From Gammaproteobacteria bacterium (GTDB lineage Bacteria; Gemmatimonadota; Gemmatimonadetes; Longimicrobiales; Gaopeijiaceae), in the NCBI GenBank assembly GCA_009841185.1, contig VXMG01000121.1, forward strand, positions 20,271 through 84,270: DNA of 64,000 nt, in the 5' to 3' direction. This document shows positions 38,601 to 46,162 of the stretch, piece by piece. Each line of letters opens with the position of its first letter. The stretch's first letter is position 1. The translations under genes and the position numbers were made by a program. The notes beneath the pieces are model-generated. The model saw only the letters and a list, made by a program, of their open reading frames with translations. It had not been told where the DNA came from and searched no databases.

Positions 38601-39091
38601 TAGCCCACCGAGCGCTGGCCGTTGTTCTCGCCCGTACCCACCCAGAGGGTGAGGTGGTCGTTCGGGTCGAGCGCGATGGCCCCGATGGAATACGAGCCGT
38701 AGTCGTCGAAGATGGGCGTCCAGGTGGTCCCTGCGTTCGTGGTTTTCCAGACGTTCCCGGATGAGGCCGCCACGTACCAGGTGCTGCGATCGGTCGGGTC
38801 GATGGCGATGTCGGCGATGCGGCCCGATGCGACGGCGGGGCCGATGCTCCGCCACCTGAACGACGAGAGCAGGCCGGAGTTGAGTTCCGCCGGGGCGTCC
38901 TCGTCGGACTCCTGGGCATGGAGCCCGCCGGGCAGGCCCCCCGCCGTGGACGCCGGCGGGAGCAGTGCCGCAAGCAGAACCAGAGCCGACGGCGCCGGGA
39001 TGCGGCGGAATAAGACGCAACCGAAGTGCGAGAAGGCCTGACGGCCGGAGTACGAGAACGCATGACGGGTTCGGAGACGGAGGTCGTACAT
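35696..39091 (-). CDS. Secreted BNR/sortilin (VPS10)-repeat beta-propeller protein
   Basis: Internal ATG (MYDLRL...) of the 1602-aa track ORF. Repeated 'S.DGG.TW' BNR motifs (TNAGTTW, VDGGRSF, RDGGESW, TDGGETW, DDGGETW, EDGGETW, VDGGESW). Confidence 0.85.
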   Translation of the reverse strand: MYDLRLRTRHAFSYSGRQAFSHFGCVLFRRIPAPSALVLLAALLPPASTAGGLPGGLHAQESDEDAPAELNSGLLSSFRWRSIGPAVASGRIADIAIDPTDRSTWYVAASSGNVWKTTNAGTTWTPIFDDYGSYSIGAIALDPNDHLTLWVGTGENNGQRSVGYGDGVYKSVDGGRSFANMGLETSEHIGMIAVHPDDSRTVFVAAQGPLWNAGGERGLYRTRDGGESWELVLEIDEHTGVNEVYFDPRNPDVMYASSWQRRRHQWTMIDGGPGSGIHKSTDGGETWRAINRGLPSGDKGRIGMAISPINPDVLYAIVEASGNDGGTFRSENMGENWSRTSRYQSTAPMYYHELYADPHRFDRIYAMDTFLEMSDDGGETWSRLPTQSVHVDHHAIAFDPDDPEHLILGNDGGLYETFDFGENWSHFTNLPLTQYYKVATSNDEPFYYVYGGTQDNNTMGGPSQTLGGGIRNSDWYVTLGGDGFDPVIDPENPDIIYSQLQHGVLSRFDRGSKERLDIQPQADPGGPPLRWYWDAGLIMSPHDNHRLYFGAQILFRSDDQGSSWRAISGDLSRNLDRNQLEVMGRVWSVDAVGKNRSTSVFGHIVAISESPLVEGLIYVGTDDGLVQVTEDGGETWREIASLPGVPDTSFVHDVEASLHDPDAVFAVVNNFKRGDYRPYVLKSEDRGRNWTAITGGLPDNSPSFSIVQDHIESDLLFLGAEFGAFVSVDGGESWMEFDSGLPTIAVRDLEIQQREGDLVAATFGRSFYVIDDYTPLRELARGPEPILASAGHLFEVADGDMYVPWNPGGANGADFYAADNPELGVTFTYWVGETLRTRRAERQAEERRAAGRGEDTPYPSWEELIEEDREEAPRVYLTVRDEGGQVVNVVNGSTSRGVHRAVWNYRYPAYTPVTGGGGGGFGGFGGGNGPMALPGSYTVSLAQRVDGEVKELAGPAPFEIAPLTKPAIAAQDRAVVLAFQRETGELLRAVTGSQRAAAGAAQRIGAVKQALEGWPAAPAALMGDARALELRLLDLREALDGSRTRTSRAEPDLPGIAGRVNQVVRGHWNGTHGPTGTHREQYRVAREAFSAMYPELQRLVETDLPALEGRLEEAGVPWTTGRALPSWPPGG

Positions 39092-39202
39092 CGTGTGTTC
39101 CTCGGGGCGGTAGTGTGCAGGGACGGAAAGAGTGTAGACGGGGGACGCCTCGACCGCCAAGTTGCCGGAACAGCATCCGTCTTCGACCAGGGATCGTGAA
39201 TC

Positions 39203-40621
39203 ATGTCGGCCAGAGTGTTCCGCCGCGGCGTCATCGTGCTCATTCTCGCATCTGCGAGCCCCGGCCCGTCCCTTGTCATGAGTCCCGGCGGGAGCATCGC
39301 GGCGCCGGCGGCGCCCCTGGCCGCCCAGACCCCCGAACAGCGCTACACCGACTGGACCCGGCTGGAATTCCGGGCCCAGGAGTACGCGTACCGCCGCGCG
39401 CGCATACTGGACGGACTGCGCGCCAGCGGGGGCGGGCTCCTGCTCACGCCCTCCTCCGACGGGCTCACCCGCGGCGAGACCTTCCGTCAGTTGGAGGACT
39501 TCTGGTATCTGACCGGCCTCGAAGTCGTTCATTCGATGCTGGTTCTGGACGCCCAGCGGGACCGTTCCATCCTCTTCATGCCCCGGCGGGATCCGCGCTT
39601 CGACAATCCGGGGCGGCCCAACGACTTCCCCGGGCGCCCGCTGCTCGACGACTATCAATTGCGCAGCATCGCGGGCATCGACGAGTACCGCGACATCGCC
39701 GAGATCGACGACTTCCTCCGGCTTCGGGTGCGCGGCGGAGCGACCCTGCGGGTGAACGCCGGCTCGACCGGGGAGATCACGCCCCCGGCCGTCCCCCTGA
39801 TCGGAAGCCTGGACCCGACCGCGTCGCTGATCCTCCGGCTCAGCACCGACCATCCGAATGCGGAGATCGTCAACGCCTTCGACGTCGTCGCCCGCCTGCG
39901 CATGATCAAGACCCCAGCCGAGATCGATCACATGCGCGTCGCCGCCGATGCCACCATGGCGGGGATTCAGTCGGCCGCCTGGCGCATCCGTCCCGGGGTC
40001 GACGAGCGAACGCTGCAGGGCGAGTTCGAGAACACCTGCCGCACCTTCGGGTCCCAGGCGCTGCCCTTTACACCCATCATCAAATCGGGTCCCAACAGCC
40101 TCTGGCCCTGGCGCGTGCTGGCTGCCCACTACGACCGCCGCAACCGCAGAATGGAGGACGGCGACCTGGTCATCTTCGATGTCGGATGCGAGGTGGACGG
40201 CTACATCAGCGATGTCGGCCGCACCTTCCCGGTAAACGGGACGTTCACGGACATTCAGCGGGAGAAGCTGCTGGTCAGCACGCGGGCCGCCGATGCGATC
40301 ATCGAAGCCGTCCGGCCGGGCGTCACCCTGCGCGACCTCACCAGCGTGGCCTATGCGGCCATCCCCGACGAGGAGGAGGCCCACATGCAGACCGGTTCGT
40401 TCTTCGGCCACCACATCGGCCTCTCCGCGGGTGATCCCGCGCTGATGGACGAGCCCCTCGCGCCCGGCATGGTGTTCACGGTCGAGCCGTGGTACTACAA
40501 CCACGACATCGGCATCGCGGTCTTCGTGGAGGACGTGATCCTGGTGACCGAGGACGGCGCCGAAGTGCTGACCGCCACGCTGCCGCGATCTCCCGAAGAA
40601 CTGGAAGCGCTGATGCGATGA
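39203..40621 (+). CDS. M24 family Xaa-Pro aminopeptidase (aminopeptidase P-like), secreted
   Basis: Signal peptide. AMP_N 'FRQLEDFWYLTGLE'. M24 metal ligands around 'DGDLVIFDVGCEVDGYISDVGRTF', 'HHIGL' and 'FTVEPWYY'. Confidence 0.9.
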   Translation: MSARVFRRGVIVLILASASPGPSLVMSPGGSIAAPAAPLAAQTPEQRYTDWTRLEFRAQEYAYRRARILDGLRASGGGLLLTPSSDGLTRGETFRQLEDFWYLTGLEVVHSMLVLDAQRDRSILFMPRRDPRFDNPGRPNDFPGRPLLDDYQLRSIAGIDEYRDIAEIDDFLRLRVRGGATLRVNAGSTGEITPPAVPLIGSLDPTASLILRLSTDHPNAEIVNAFDVVARLRMIKTPAEIDHMRVAADATMAGIQSAAWRIRPGVDERTLQGEFENTCRTFGSQALPFTPIIKSGPNSLWPWRVLAAHYDRRNRRMEDGDLVIFDVGCEVDGYISDVGRTFPVNGTFTDIQREKLLVSTRAADAIIEAVRPGVTLRDLTSVAYAAIPDEEEAHMQTGSFFGHHIGLSAGDPALMDEPLAPGMVFTVEPWYYNHDIGIAVFVEDVILVTEDGAEVLTATLPRSPEELEALMR

Positions 40622-40637
40622 CCGGCGCGCGACCCGC

Positions 40638-41108
40638 CTACGCTTCGCTGGCGGAGACCACCAGGAGAAGCATCAGTAGGAGTGCGGCGGGCATCCACGC
40701 GATCGCGAGGGGCCCGGGGGACGCGAGACTCGGGAGTTCCCACCCCGCGATGCCTGCGCTTGCCAGCCACTCGCGAAGCGACCTCCAGGCATTCCCGGGA
40801 AGGGGTGCGACGATCATCCCCAATCCGATGGCCGACGCCCCGCAGGCAATCAATATCGGGAGCAGTGTGCGCCATGACGCCCCGGACCGCCTGCGAATCC
40901 GGGCCTTGAGCCAGATCAGGTGGGGGTCCGGCAGAGAAGCCGGTCCCGAGTCTACCGTTTGCCCGAGCTCGATCATCCATCGAATCGCAGTGCTGGCTTC
41001 CCTGCACGAGTCGCATCGCGCCACATGAGGCGCCAACTCGTCGCTCCATCCTCCCGCCCGTGCCGCCTTAAGCACGGCTTCCTCCCTGGGACATGGATCC
41101 GCGATCAT
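40638..41108 (-). CDS. Anti-sigma factor (zf-HC2 type), membrane-anchored
   Basis: ATGA overlap with the sigma gene stop (start MIADPCPREE...). 'HVARCDSCREAS' putative zinc-finger motif. C-terminal TM segments. Confidence 0.7.
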   Translation of the reverse strand: MIADPCPREEAVLKAARAGGWSDELAPHVARCDSCREASTAIRWMIELGQTVDSGPASLPDPHLIWLKARIRRRSGASWRTLLPILIACGASAIGLGMIVAPLPGNAWRSLREWLASAGIAGWELPSLASPGPLAIAWMPAALLLMLLLVVSASEA

Positions 41109-41608
41109 GCCACCTCCTCCGGGCCCCACCCGTGGCCCTCCAGAATCCCCGCCAACCTCTTGCGCGCCCGGTACAGCAAGACACGGACGCTGTTCGCCCC
41201 GATGCCCAGCGAAGCAGCGATCTCGCGGTGGCTGGCGCCCTCCACATACGCGAGCCAGAGAAGCGTCTGCTCCTTCTCCGAGAGCAGGGCGAAGAGCCGC
41301 TGCATGTCGAGCGTCAGGTCATGTCTCGGGCTCTCCGAAACCGACGAGTTCCATCTCCGTTGCCGCCTGCGCTCGCGGCCCGCTCTCCGCCCGTGGTCCG
41401 CGACCAGGGTCCGGACCGTCTTGTACAGGTAGGACCGTACCTGACCGATTGCTGCTTCTCTCATGTCCGCGCGAAGCAGGCGGTAGTACGCTTCCTGCAG
41501 AACGTCGTCCGCCAGCGCCGCATCCTTCACCGCCAGGTGCAGGTACGCTCGAAGCCGCGGCGCCGTACACTCGTAGACCCGGCGGAACGCGGCCTCGTCC
41601 TCATGCAT
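41105..41608 (-). CDS. ECF-type RNA polymerase sigma-70 factor
   Basis: Region 2 'DDVLQEAYYRLL' and region 4 'EIAASLGIGANSVRVLLYRARKRL'. Confidence 0.9.
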   Translation of the reverse strand: MHEDEAAFRRVYECTAPRLRAYLHLAVKDAALADDVLQEAYYRLLRADMREAAIGQVRSYLYKTVRTLVADHGRRAGRERRRQRRWNSSVSESPRHDLTLDMQRLFALLSEKEQTLLWLAYVEGASHREIAASLGIGANSVRVLLYRARKRLAGILEGHGWGPEEVA

Positions 41609-41611
41609 TCG

Positions 41612-42019
41612 TTACTGACGCCACTGGTCCGACAGCTTCTTCGAGATGATGGCCGCAGCGATGAGACCGACGCCGAGCGCCGTCGTCCCGATGCCGGGGA
41701 AGAGAAAGCCGTCCTCCCATATCATGAGCACGAGGAAGCCGAGCCCCAGAACGGACGAGACGATTCCTGCGCCCAGAACGACCAGCATCATGCGATGCGG
41801 GTCGGACTCGAACTGACCCAGGAACTGCTTGCCGTCGTCCGTTTCGATGAACTCCGCGAGTTCGCGGCCCGACTGGAACTTGGCCAGCAACTGCTGCTGG
41901 GTCTCGGCCTGCCTGGCCAGCCGAGCCTGATTCACCCTGGCCCTCAGCCAGACGATCCCCACGACGGCTGCGAACAGCCCCAGCGTCATCACTATGTCCT
42001 CGAACGCGCTCCAGTTCAC
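41612..42019 (-). CDS. Small integral membrane protein co-oriented with the ECF sigma module
   Basis: 135 aa. One TM helix at the N-terminus and two or three at the C-terminus. 3-nt gap to the sigma gene. Confidence 0.6.
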   Translation of the reverse strand: MNWSAFEDIVMTLGLFAAVVGIVWLRARVNQARLARQAETQQQLLAKFQSGRELAEFIETDDGKQFLGQFESDPHRMMLVVLGAGIVSSVLGLGFLVLMIWEDGFLFPGIGTTALGVGLIAAAIISKKLSDQWRQ

Positions 42020-42252
42020 CTGTCACCTCTCTTCCAGGGGCCATCCTCCGAACCGATCCTGCCGGAGCGGCGGGACTCTGTCTCTCCACCGCCGGGGATC
42101 CTCTTACTCACCAGGTAGAACGTTCGGTGGACGCAACCGGTTAACAGCCGCGCCAGAACAGGCGGCTGGCGAGACTGCCGGATCCTGTCGGCCGTCGCGC
42201 GAGGTCAAGCCCCTGTCAGGACCGACTCGCGGACGCCACGTTCTCCATCCGA

Positions 42253-42585
42253 TCAATCAGCGTCCCAGGGCTGCTCTGCATCGTCATCGGCTGGTCCGAT
42301 CCGATGTTGCCGGGAGGTGCCCGACAGGATTCGCTTCTGTTGCGGGACGATGGCGACCGACAGGACCGCCATGGCGACCGCCGCCGCGACCACCTCCAGC
42401 ATGCCTCCGAACTCCGTTCCCAGGAATCCCCCGAAGAACCCGCCCACGCCCTGCGCCGCGCGGACCCATCCTCGGGACGGGCGGCTCTCGGGGTGGCTCG
42501 GCGGCCTGCCCGATTCCACACGGTGACGTGCGACCAGCAGCAGCCAGAGCCAGACGGCCCCCGCAAATGTCGTCACTCCGAGCAT
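42253..42585 (-). CDS. Hypothetical small membrane protein (weak call)
   Basis: Internal ATG (MLGVTTFAGAVWLWLLLV...) of track ORF 42253..42903. Two hydrophobic segments. No recognisable family. Confidence 0.3.
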   Translation of the reverse strand: MLGVTTFAGAVWLWLLLVARHRVESGRPPSHPESRPSRGWVRAAQGVGGFFGGFLGTEFGGMLEVVAAAVAMAVLSVAIVPQQKRILSGTSRQHRIGPADDDAEQPWDAD

Positions 42586-42757
42586 CGGCGTCCGCCCTAA
42601 AAGTGCCTTTGATGTCCAGTCGAGAGGGATTACCAACTCGCTCAGCCGGCCCTGCGTCCGACTCGCGATGACACCCCCAACCCCTTTACTATGCCCATCC
42701 GAGACAGCCGGGCCAACCGGCACCCGAGCATCGACCCGTTTTTTTAGGAGGAGTGGC

Positions 42758-44179
42758 ATGCTCAAGCGATCCTTGCTCTTTGGCGGAGCGATCACCCTGT
42801 TCGCTCTCGCTGGCCCCACCGAGGCCACCGCCCAGGACCCGTCCGGAAGCCTTTCCGCCGACGGCATGTTCACCGTGGCGCTCACGGGAGACGCCATCAT
42901 CACGCGGCGGCTCTCGCCCTACAAGGAGCGCGAGTACCTCGACATGATCGAGCTCGTGCGGAGCGCGGACGCCTCGTTCGTCAACCTGGAGGTGCTCTTC
43001 CACGACTACGAGCCGTATCCGGCCGCCCGCAGCGGCGGGACCTGGATGCGCGCGGACCCGAACCTGGCCAACGAACTCGTCTGGGCCGGATTCGACATGG
43101 TGTCGATGGCGAACAACCACACGGGTGACTACGCGGCGGACGGGCATCGGATCACGCGCCGGCATTCGGAAGCGGCGGGACTGCTGACCGCGGGAACCGG
43201 GGAGAACCTGGCCGAGGCCCGCGAGGCCCGCTTTCTCGAGACGCACGATGGCCGTGTCGCGCTGATCTCGGTGTCATCGGCATTCCCCGAACACTCGGTC
43301 GCCGGTCCGGCCAAGGGCGGGGTGCGCGGACGTCCCGGCCTCAACCCGCTGCACGTGCTCACCACGCACTACGTGGAGCGGGGCCAGTTGGAGCAGTTGC
43401 GCCAGTCGCTTCGGGGGATGGACCTGGAGGCTATCGGACAGCAGGGTGATCTGGGCGCTCCCGGCGAGCCCCTGAACGTGTTCGGCACGACGCTCCATCC
43501 GGCGGACGAGTCGGGCATCGACAGCGACCCCGATCCCGTAGACATGGCGGAGATCGCGGCGGTCGTAAACAACGCATCCCGGCTGGCCGAATACGTGGTG
43601 GTGACCATCCACGCCCACAACCAGGGCCCGTATCTCAAGAAGTTCGCGCACGCGATGATCGATGCCGGAGCGGACGTATTCGTGGGACACGGACCCCACT
43701 ATCTCACCGGAATCGACATCTACCAGGGCAAGCCCATCCTCTACTCGCTGGGCGACTTCATCTTCCAGAACGAGACCCTGCTGCGGCTTCCCTACGACAA
43801 CTACGCCGGCCTGGGGCTCGAGGGCGAAGCCAATGCCTGGGTCGCGGACTTCAACGCGACCCGCTACCAGAACGAGACCACCGGCTTCCCCGCGCGGGCC
43901 GAAATCTGGGAGTCGGTCGTCGCCATGCCCACGTTCCGGGGCGAGGAGCTGGTGAGCCTCGAGCTGCACCCCATCTCGCTGGGGTTCGGGCAGCCCACCA
44001 CCGTGCGCGGCCGGCCGATGTTCGCGGACCGCGAGCTGGGCAGGAAGATCATCCAGGACCTGATCGACGCCTCCGAGCCGCACGGCACCGTGGTCGAGTG
44101 GGACGACGCGCGCGGCATCGGCTTCGTGCGTCTGCCGGCGGTAGCGACGGACGGGAGCAGGTCGGGCCCGGGCGGCTGA
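42758..44179 (+). CDS. CapA/PGA-biosynthesis family metallophosphatase-like protein, secreted
   Basis: AGGAGG Shine-Dalgarno sequence, then MLKRSLLFGG... signal peptide. 'FVNLEVLF' and 'DMVSMANNHTGDY' CapA motifs. Confidence 0.85.
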   Translation: MLKRSLLFGGAITLFALAGPTEATAQDPSGSLSADGMFTVALTGDAIITRRLSPYKEREYLDMIELVRSADASFVNLEVLFHDYEPYPAARSGGTWMRADPNLANELVWAGFDMVSMANNHTGDYAADGHRITRRHSEAAGLLTAGTGENLAEAREARFLETHDGRVALISVSSAFPEHSVAGPAKGGVRGRPGLNPLHVLTTHYVERGQLEQLRQSLRGMDLEAIGQQGDLGAPGEPLNVFGTTLHPADESGIDSDPDPVDMAEIAAVVNNASRLAEYVVVTIHAHNQGPYLKKFAHAMIDAGADVFVGHGPHYLTGIDIYQGKPILYSLGDFIFQNETLLRLPYDNYAGLGLEGEANAWVADFNATRYQNETTGFPARAEIWESVVAMPTFRGEELVSLELHPISLGFGQPTTVRGRPMFADRELGRKIIQDLIDASEPHGTVVEWDDARGIGFVRLPAVATDGSRSGPGG

Positions 44180-44230
44180 TCCTTCCGGTCCGGGCAGCTG
44201 ATCCGGCAGGCCCGAGCCGCTGACATCCTT

Positions 44231-44277
44231 CGGCCCCGGGTGGGAGGTCCTTCCCGACCTTCCCCCGGGGCCGTTTT
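44231..44277 (+). terminator. Rho-independent terminator after the CapA-family gene
   Basis: CGGCCCCGGG (44231-44240) pairs perfectly with CCCGGGGCCG (44264-44273). An inner GGGAGG/CCTTCC extension is present. TTTT follows immediately. Confidence 0.65.
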
Positions 44278-44305
44278 GACAAACCGACCGCGTCCGCCGT
44301 ACTCT
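44276..44305 (+). promoter_or_regulatory. Sigma-70-like promoter candidate for the small OMP gene
   Basis: TTGACA (44276-44281), N18, TACTCT (44300-44305), about 30 nt upstream of the ATG at 44338. Confidence 0.25.
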
Positions 44306-44337
44306 GCCCGTTGGCACATTCTGGTATGGAGGGCGAT

Positions 44338-44973
44338 ATGAAGCGCTTTGTGTTGGTCACCTTCCTCTCATTCCTCGCCCTTCCCGCCAACGACCTCTCC
44401 GCCCAGATGTTCGGCTCGCTGGGCGGCGCCGAACCCGGCGAAGATGTCGTGTCCGTGGGCGTGATCTTCGGGCAGATGAACCCGACGACCCGGTTCCGGG
44501 ACGGCGGAGGCTTCGACACCGCCACGTTGCTCGGAGGCACCGTCAGCTTCTGGTTCCACCGCCACATGGGCGTGCAGGTCAACGCCCTGTCGACCGAACA
44601 CGGAACGCTGGGGGCTTCCGACGGGCGGTCATCGATCGTATCGGGGCGGGATCCGCGCATCTGGACCATTCAGAGCGATCTGGTGGTCCGTCTTCCTCTC
44701 GCGGCGGGGGCGATGACGGTTTCGCCCTACGGAGCCGTCGGTGCGGGATGGAAGTCGTACCAGTGGGTCTTCGACCCCCAGGGCGGACCGGATGCGCGCG
44801 GATTCGACGGCGCGTGGAGCTTTGCGGGCGGGGTCGAGGCCCGCTTCGGAGCGGACAGCCGCATCGGGCTCCGCGGTGAGTTCCGCCAGCTCCACACATC
44901 GTTTACCCGCTTCGGCGAAGACCTCACGCACAAGGATCGGGTCCTGACCGGGGCGCTGCTGATCAACTTCTGA
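44338..44973 (+). CDS. Small outer-membrane beta-barrel protein (OmpW/OmpA-barrel-like)
   Basis: Signal peptide MKRFVLVTFLSFLALPANDLSAQ. Alternating amphipathic strands. C-terminal '...LLINF' aromatic terminus. Confidence 0.7.
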   Translation: MKRFVLVTFLSFLALPANDLSAQMFGSLGGAEPGEDVVSVGVIFGQMNPTTRFRDGGGFDTATLLGGTVSFWFHRHMGVQVNALSTEHGTLGASDGRSSIVSGRDPRIWTIQSDLVVRLPLAAGAMTVSPYGAVGAGWKSYQWVFDPQGGPDARGFDGAWSFAGGVEARFGADSRIGLRGEFRQLHTSFTRFGEDLTHKDRVLTGALLINF

Positions 44974-44974
44974 G

Positions 44975-45928
44975 GTGCTGCGGGACATGGGCCCGCTCCT
45001 CGCGGGTCTCGCGCTCTTCGTGCTGCTTCCGAGCGGGGTATCCGCGCAGGCCCCCGGAAGCATCAACGGGCAGGTGGTCTACAGTGGTGGTCCGGTCGTG
45101 CCCGGCGTCCAGGTCCTCTTCCCCGAGTTGGGGCTGCGCGCGGATACCGACGCCGAGGGGCGATTCGAACTGGCCGTCGTGCGTCCGGGCGAGCACCGGC
45201 TGTCGGTCTACGCGCTGGGCTGCGAACTCGCGAACCGCACGGTCGAGGTCGAACCCGGAGAGACCGCCAAGGTCACCGTGCAGGTGGGCTTGCGCGCCTT
45301 TGCCCTCGATGAACTCGTGGTTACGGGCACGCCCGCGGAGCGTTCGCGCGCCGAGCTCCCGTTCTCCGTGGAGGAGCTGAGTGGTGACCGGTTGCGGACG
45401 GCGACCGCTGGCGGAAGCGTAGCGAATCTGCTCCGCGGAATTGCCGGCGGGAGAGTGATCCGCGGCAACGGCCTTCCGGGTCAGGAATCCGACATTCTCC
45501 TGCGGGGTCCCGCCACTTTGGGCGGGGCTGAGCAGCAGCCGCTGGTCGTCGTGGACGGGATCATCGCGGGCCACAGCACGGCCGGAATCGATCCCATGGA
45601 CGTCGAGCGCATCGAAGTGCTGAAGGGCGCTGCTGCCGCGGCGCACTACGGATCGCGAGCCCAGGGCGGGGTGATCGAGATCACCACCAAGCGTCGCCCG
45701 CGGGATCCGGAGCCGGTGGAAGCGCAGCCGCTGCTGGTCGTTGACGGGTACGTTTCGGACGGGGATCTGGGAGACATCGATACCCGCGAAATCGTCGACA
45801 TCCGCGTGCTCCGCGGTCCCGCCGCGACGCTGGTGGCCGGTCCCCGGGGGGGCGCGGGCATCATCCGCGTAACCACCGCCCGCGATTTCAGGAACATCGC
45901 TCAGTGCCCCGCGGATCTGCGCCGCTGA
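44975..45928 (+). CDS. CarboxypepD_reg plus TonB-plug protein lacking a beta-barrel, with a duplicated plug core
   Basis: Signal peptide. 'INGQVV...GVQVLF...TDAEGRFEL' CarboxypepD_reg. Plug core 'PLVVVDGIIAG...IDPMDVERIEVLKGAAAAAHYGSRAQGGVIEITTK', then a second degenerate copy 'PLLVVDGYVSDG...IDTREIVDIRVLRGPAATLVAGPRGGAGIIRVTT'. Alternative ATG start at 44987. Confidence 0.75.
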   Translation: MLRDMGPLLAGLALFVLLPSGVSAQAPGSINGQVVYSGGPVVPGVQVLFPELGLRADTDAEGRFELAVVRPGEHRLSVYALGCELANRTVEVEPGETAKVTVQVGLRAFALDELVVTGTPAERSRAELPFSVEELSGDRLRTATAGGSVANLLRGIAGGRVIRGNGLPGQESDILLRGPATLGGAEQQPLVVVDGIIAGHSTAGIDPMDVERIEVLKGAAAAAHYGSRAQGGVIEITTKRRPRDPEPVEAQPLLVVDGYVSDGDLGDIDTREIVDIRVLRGPAATLVAGPRGGAGIIRVTTARDFRNIAQCPADLRR

Positions 45929-45953
45929 TGGCTCTCCTGCGGGCGGGCTCTGC

Positions 45954-45983
45954 TTGACAACGGTTCGCAGCGCGGCGTAGTCT
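45954..45983 (+). promoter_or_regulatory. Sigma-70-like promoter candidate upstream of SusC
   Basis: TTGACA (45954-45959), N18, TAGTCT (45978-45983). Confidence 0.25.
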
Positions 45984-46035
45984 GGCGGTATGTAGTACAT
46001 CTGAAGAAGGATGCAGGAGCATGGCGGTACTGTAC

Positions 46036-46091
46036 GCCGCGTCGGCCCGGGGTAGGTCTACCTGCTCGGAGGGGCCTGCGCGGCTTTTTTT
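46036..46091 (+). terminator. Terminator/attenuator-like GC-rich stem-loop followed by T7
   Basis: GCCGCG (46036-46041) pairs with CGCGGC (46079-46084), and inner GGCCC pairs with GGGCC. TTTTTTT (46085-46091) is a very rare run in this GC-rich DNA. Confidence 0.5.
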
Positions 46092-46162
46092 GTTTGTCCG
46101 AGCGCCACAGGGCGCGTCCGGACCTCGCGGGTTGTCTGAAAGTTTGAACGTGGGGGCTCATC

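Noticed and set aside
35696-40504. 1602-aa minus-strand ORF
   Set aside because: The part upstream of 39091 runs antisense to the well-supported M24 aminopeptidase gene and has junk-like composition. The BNR/sortilin protein starts at the internal Met followed by a signal peptide.
42020-42252. ECF-type promoter (GGAAC-N16-CGT) upstream of the membrane-protein/sigma/anti-sigma operon
   Set aside because: I could not find a convincing -35/-10 pair by eye. Only an AACCGGTT/GTTAAC palindrome is present, and that is too short to interpret.
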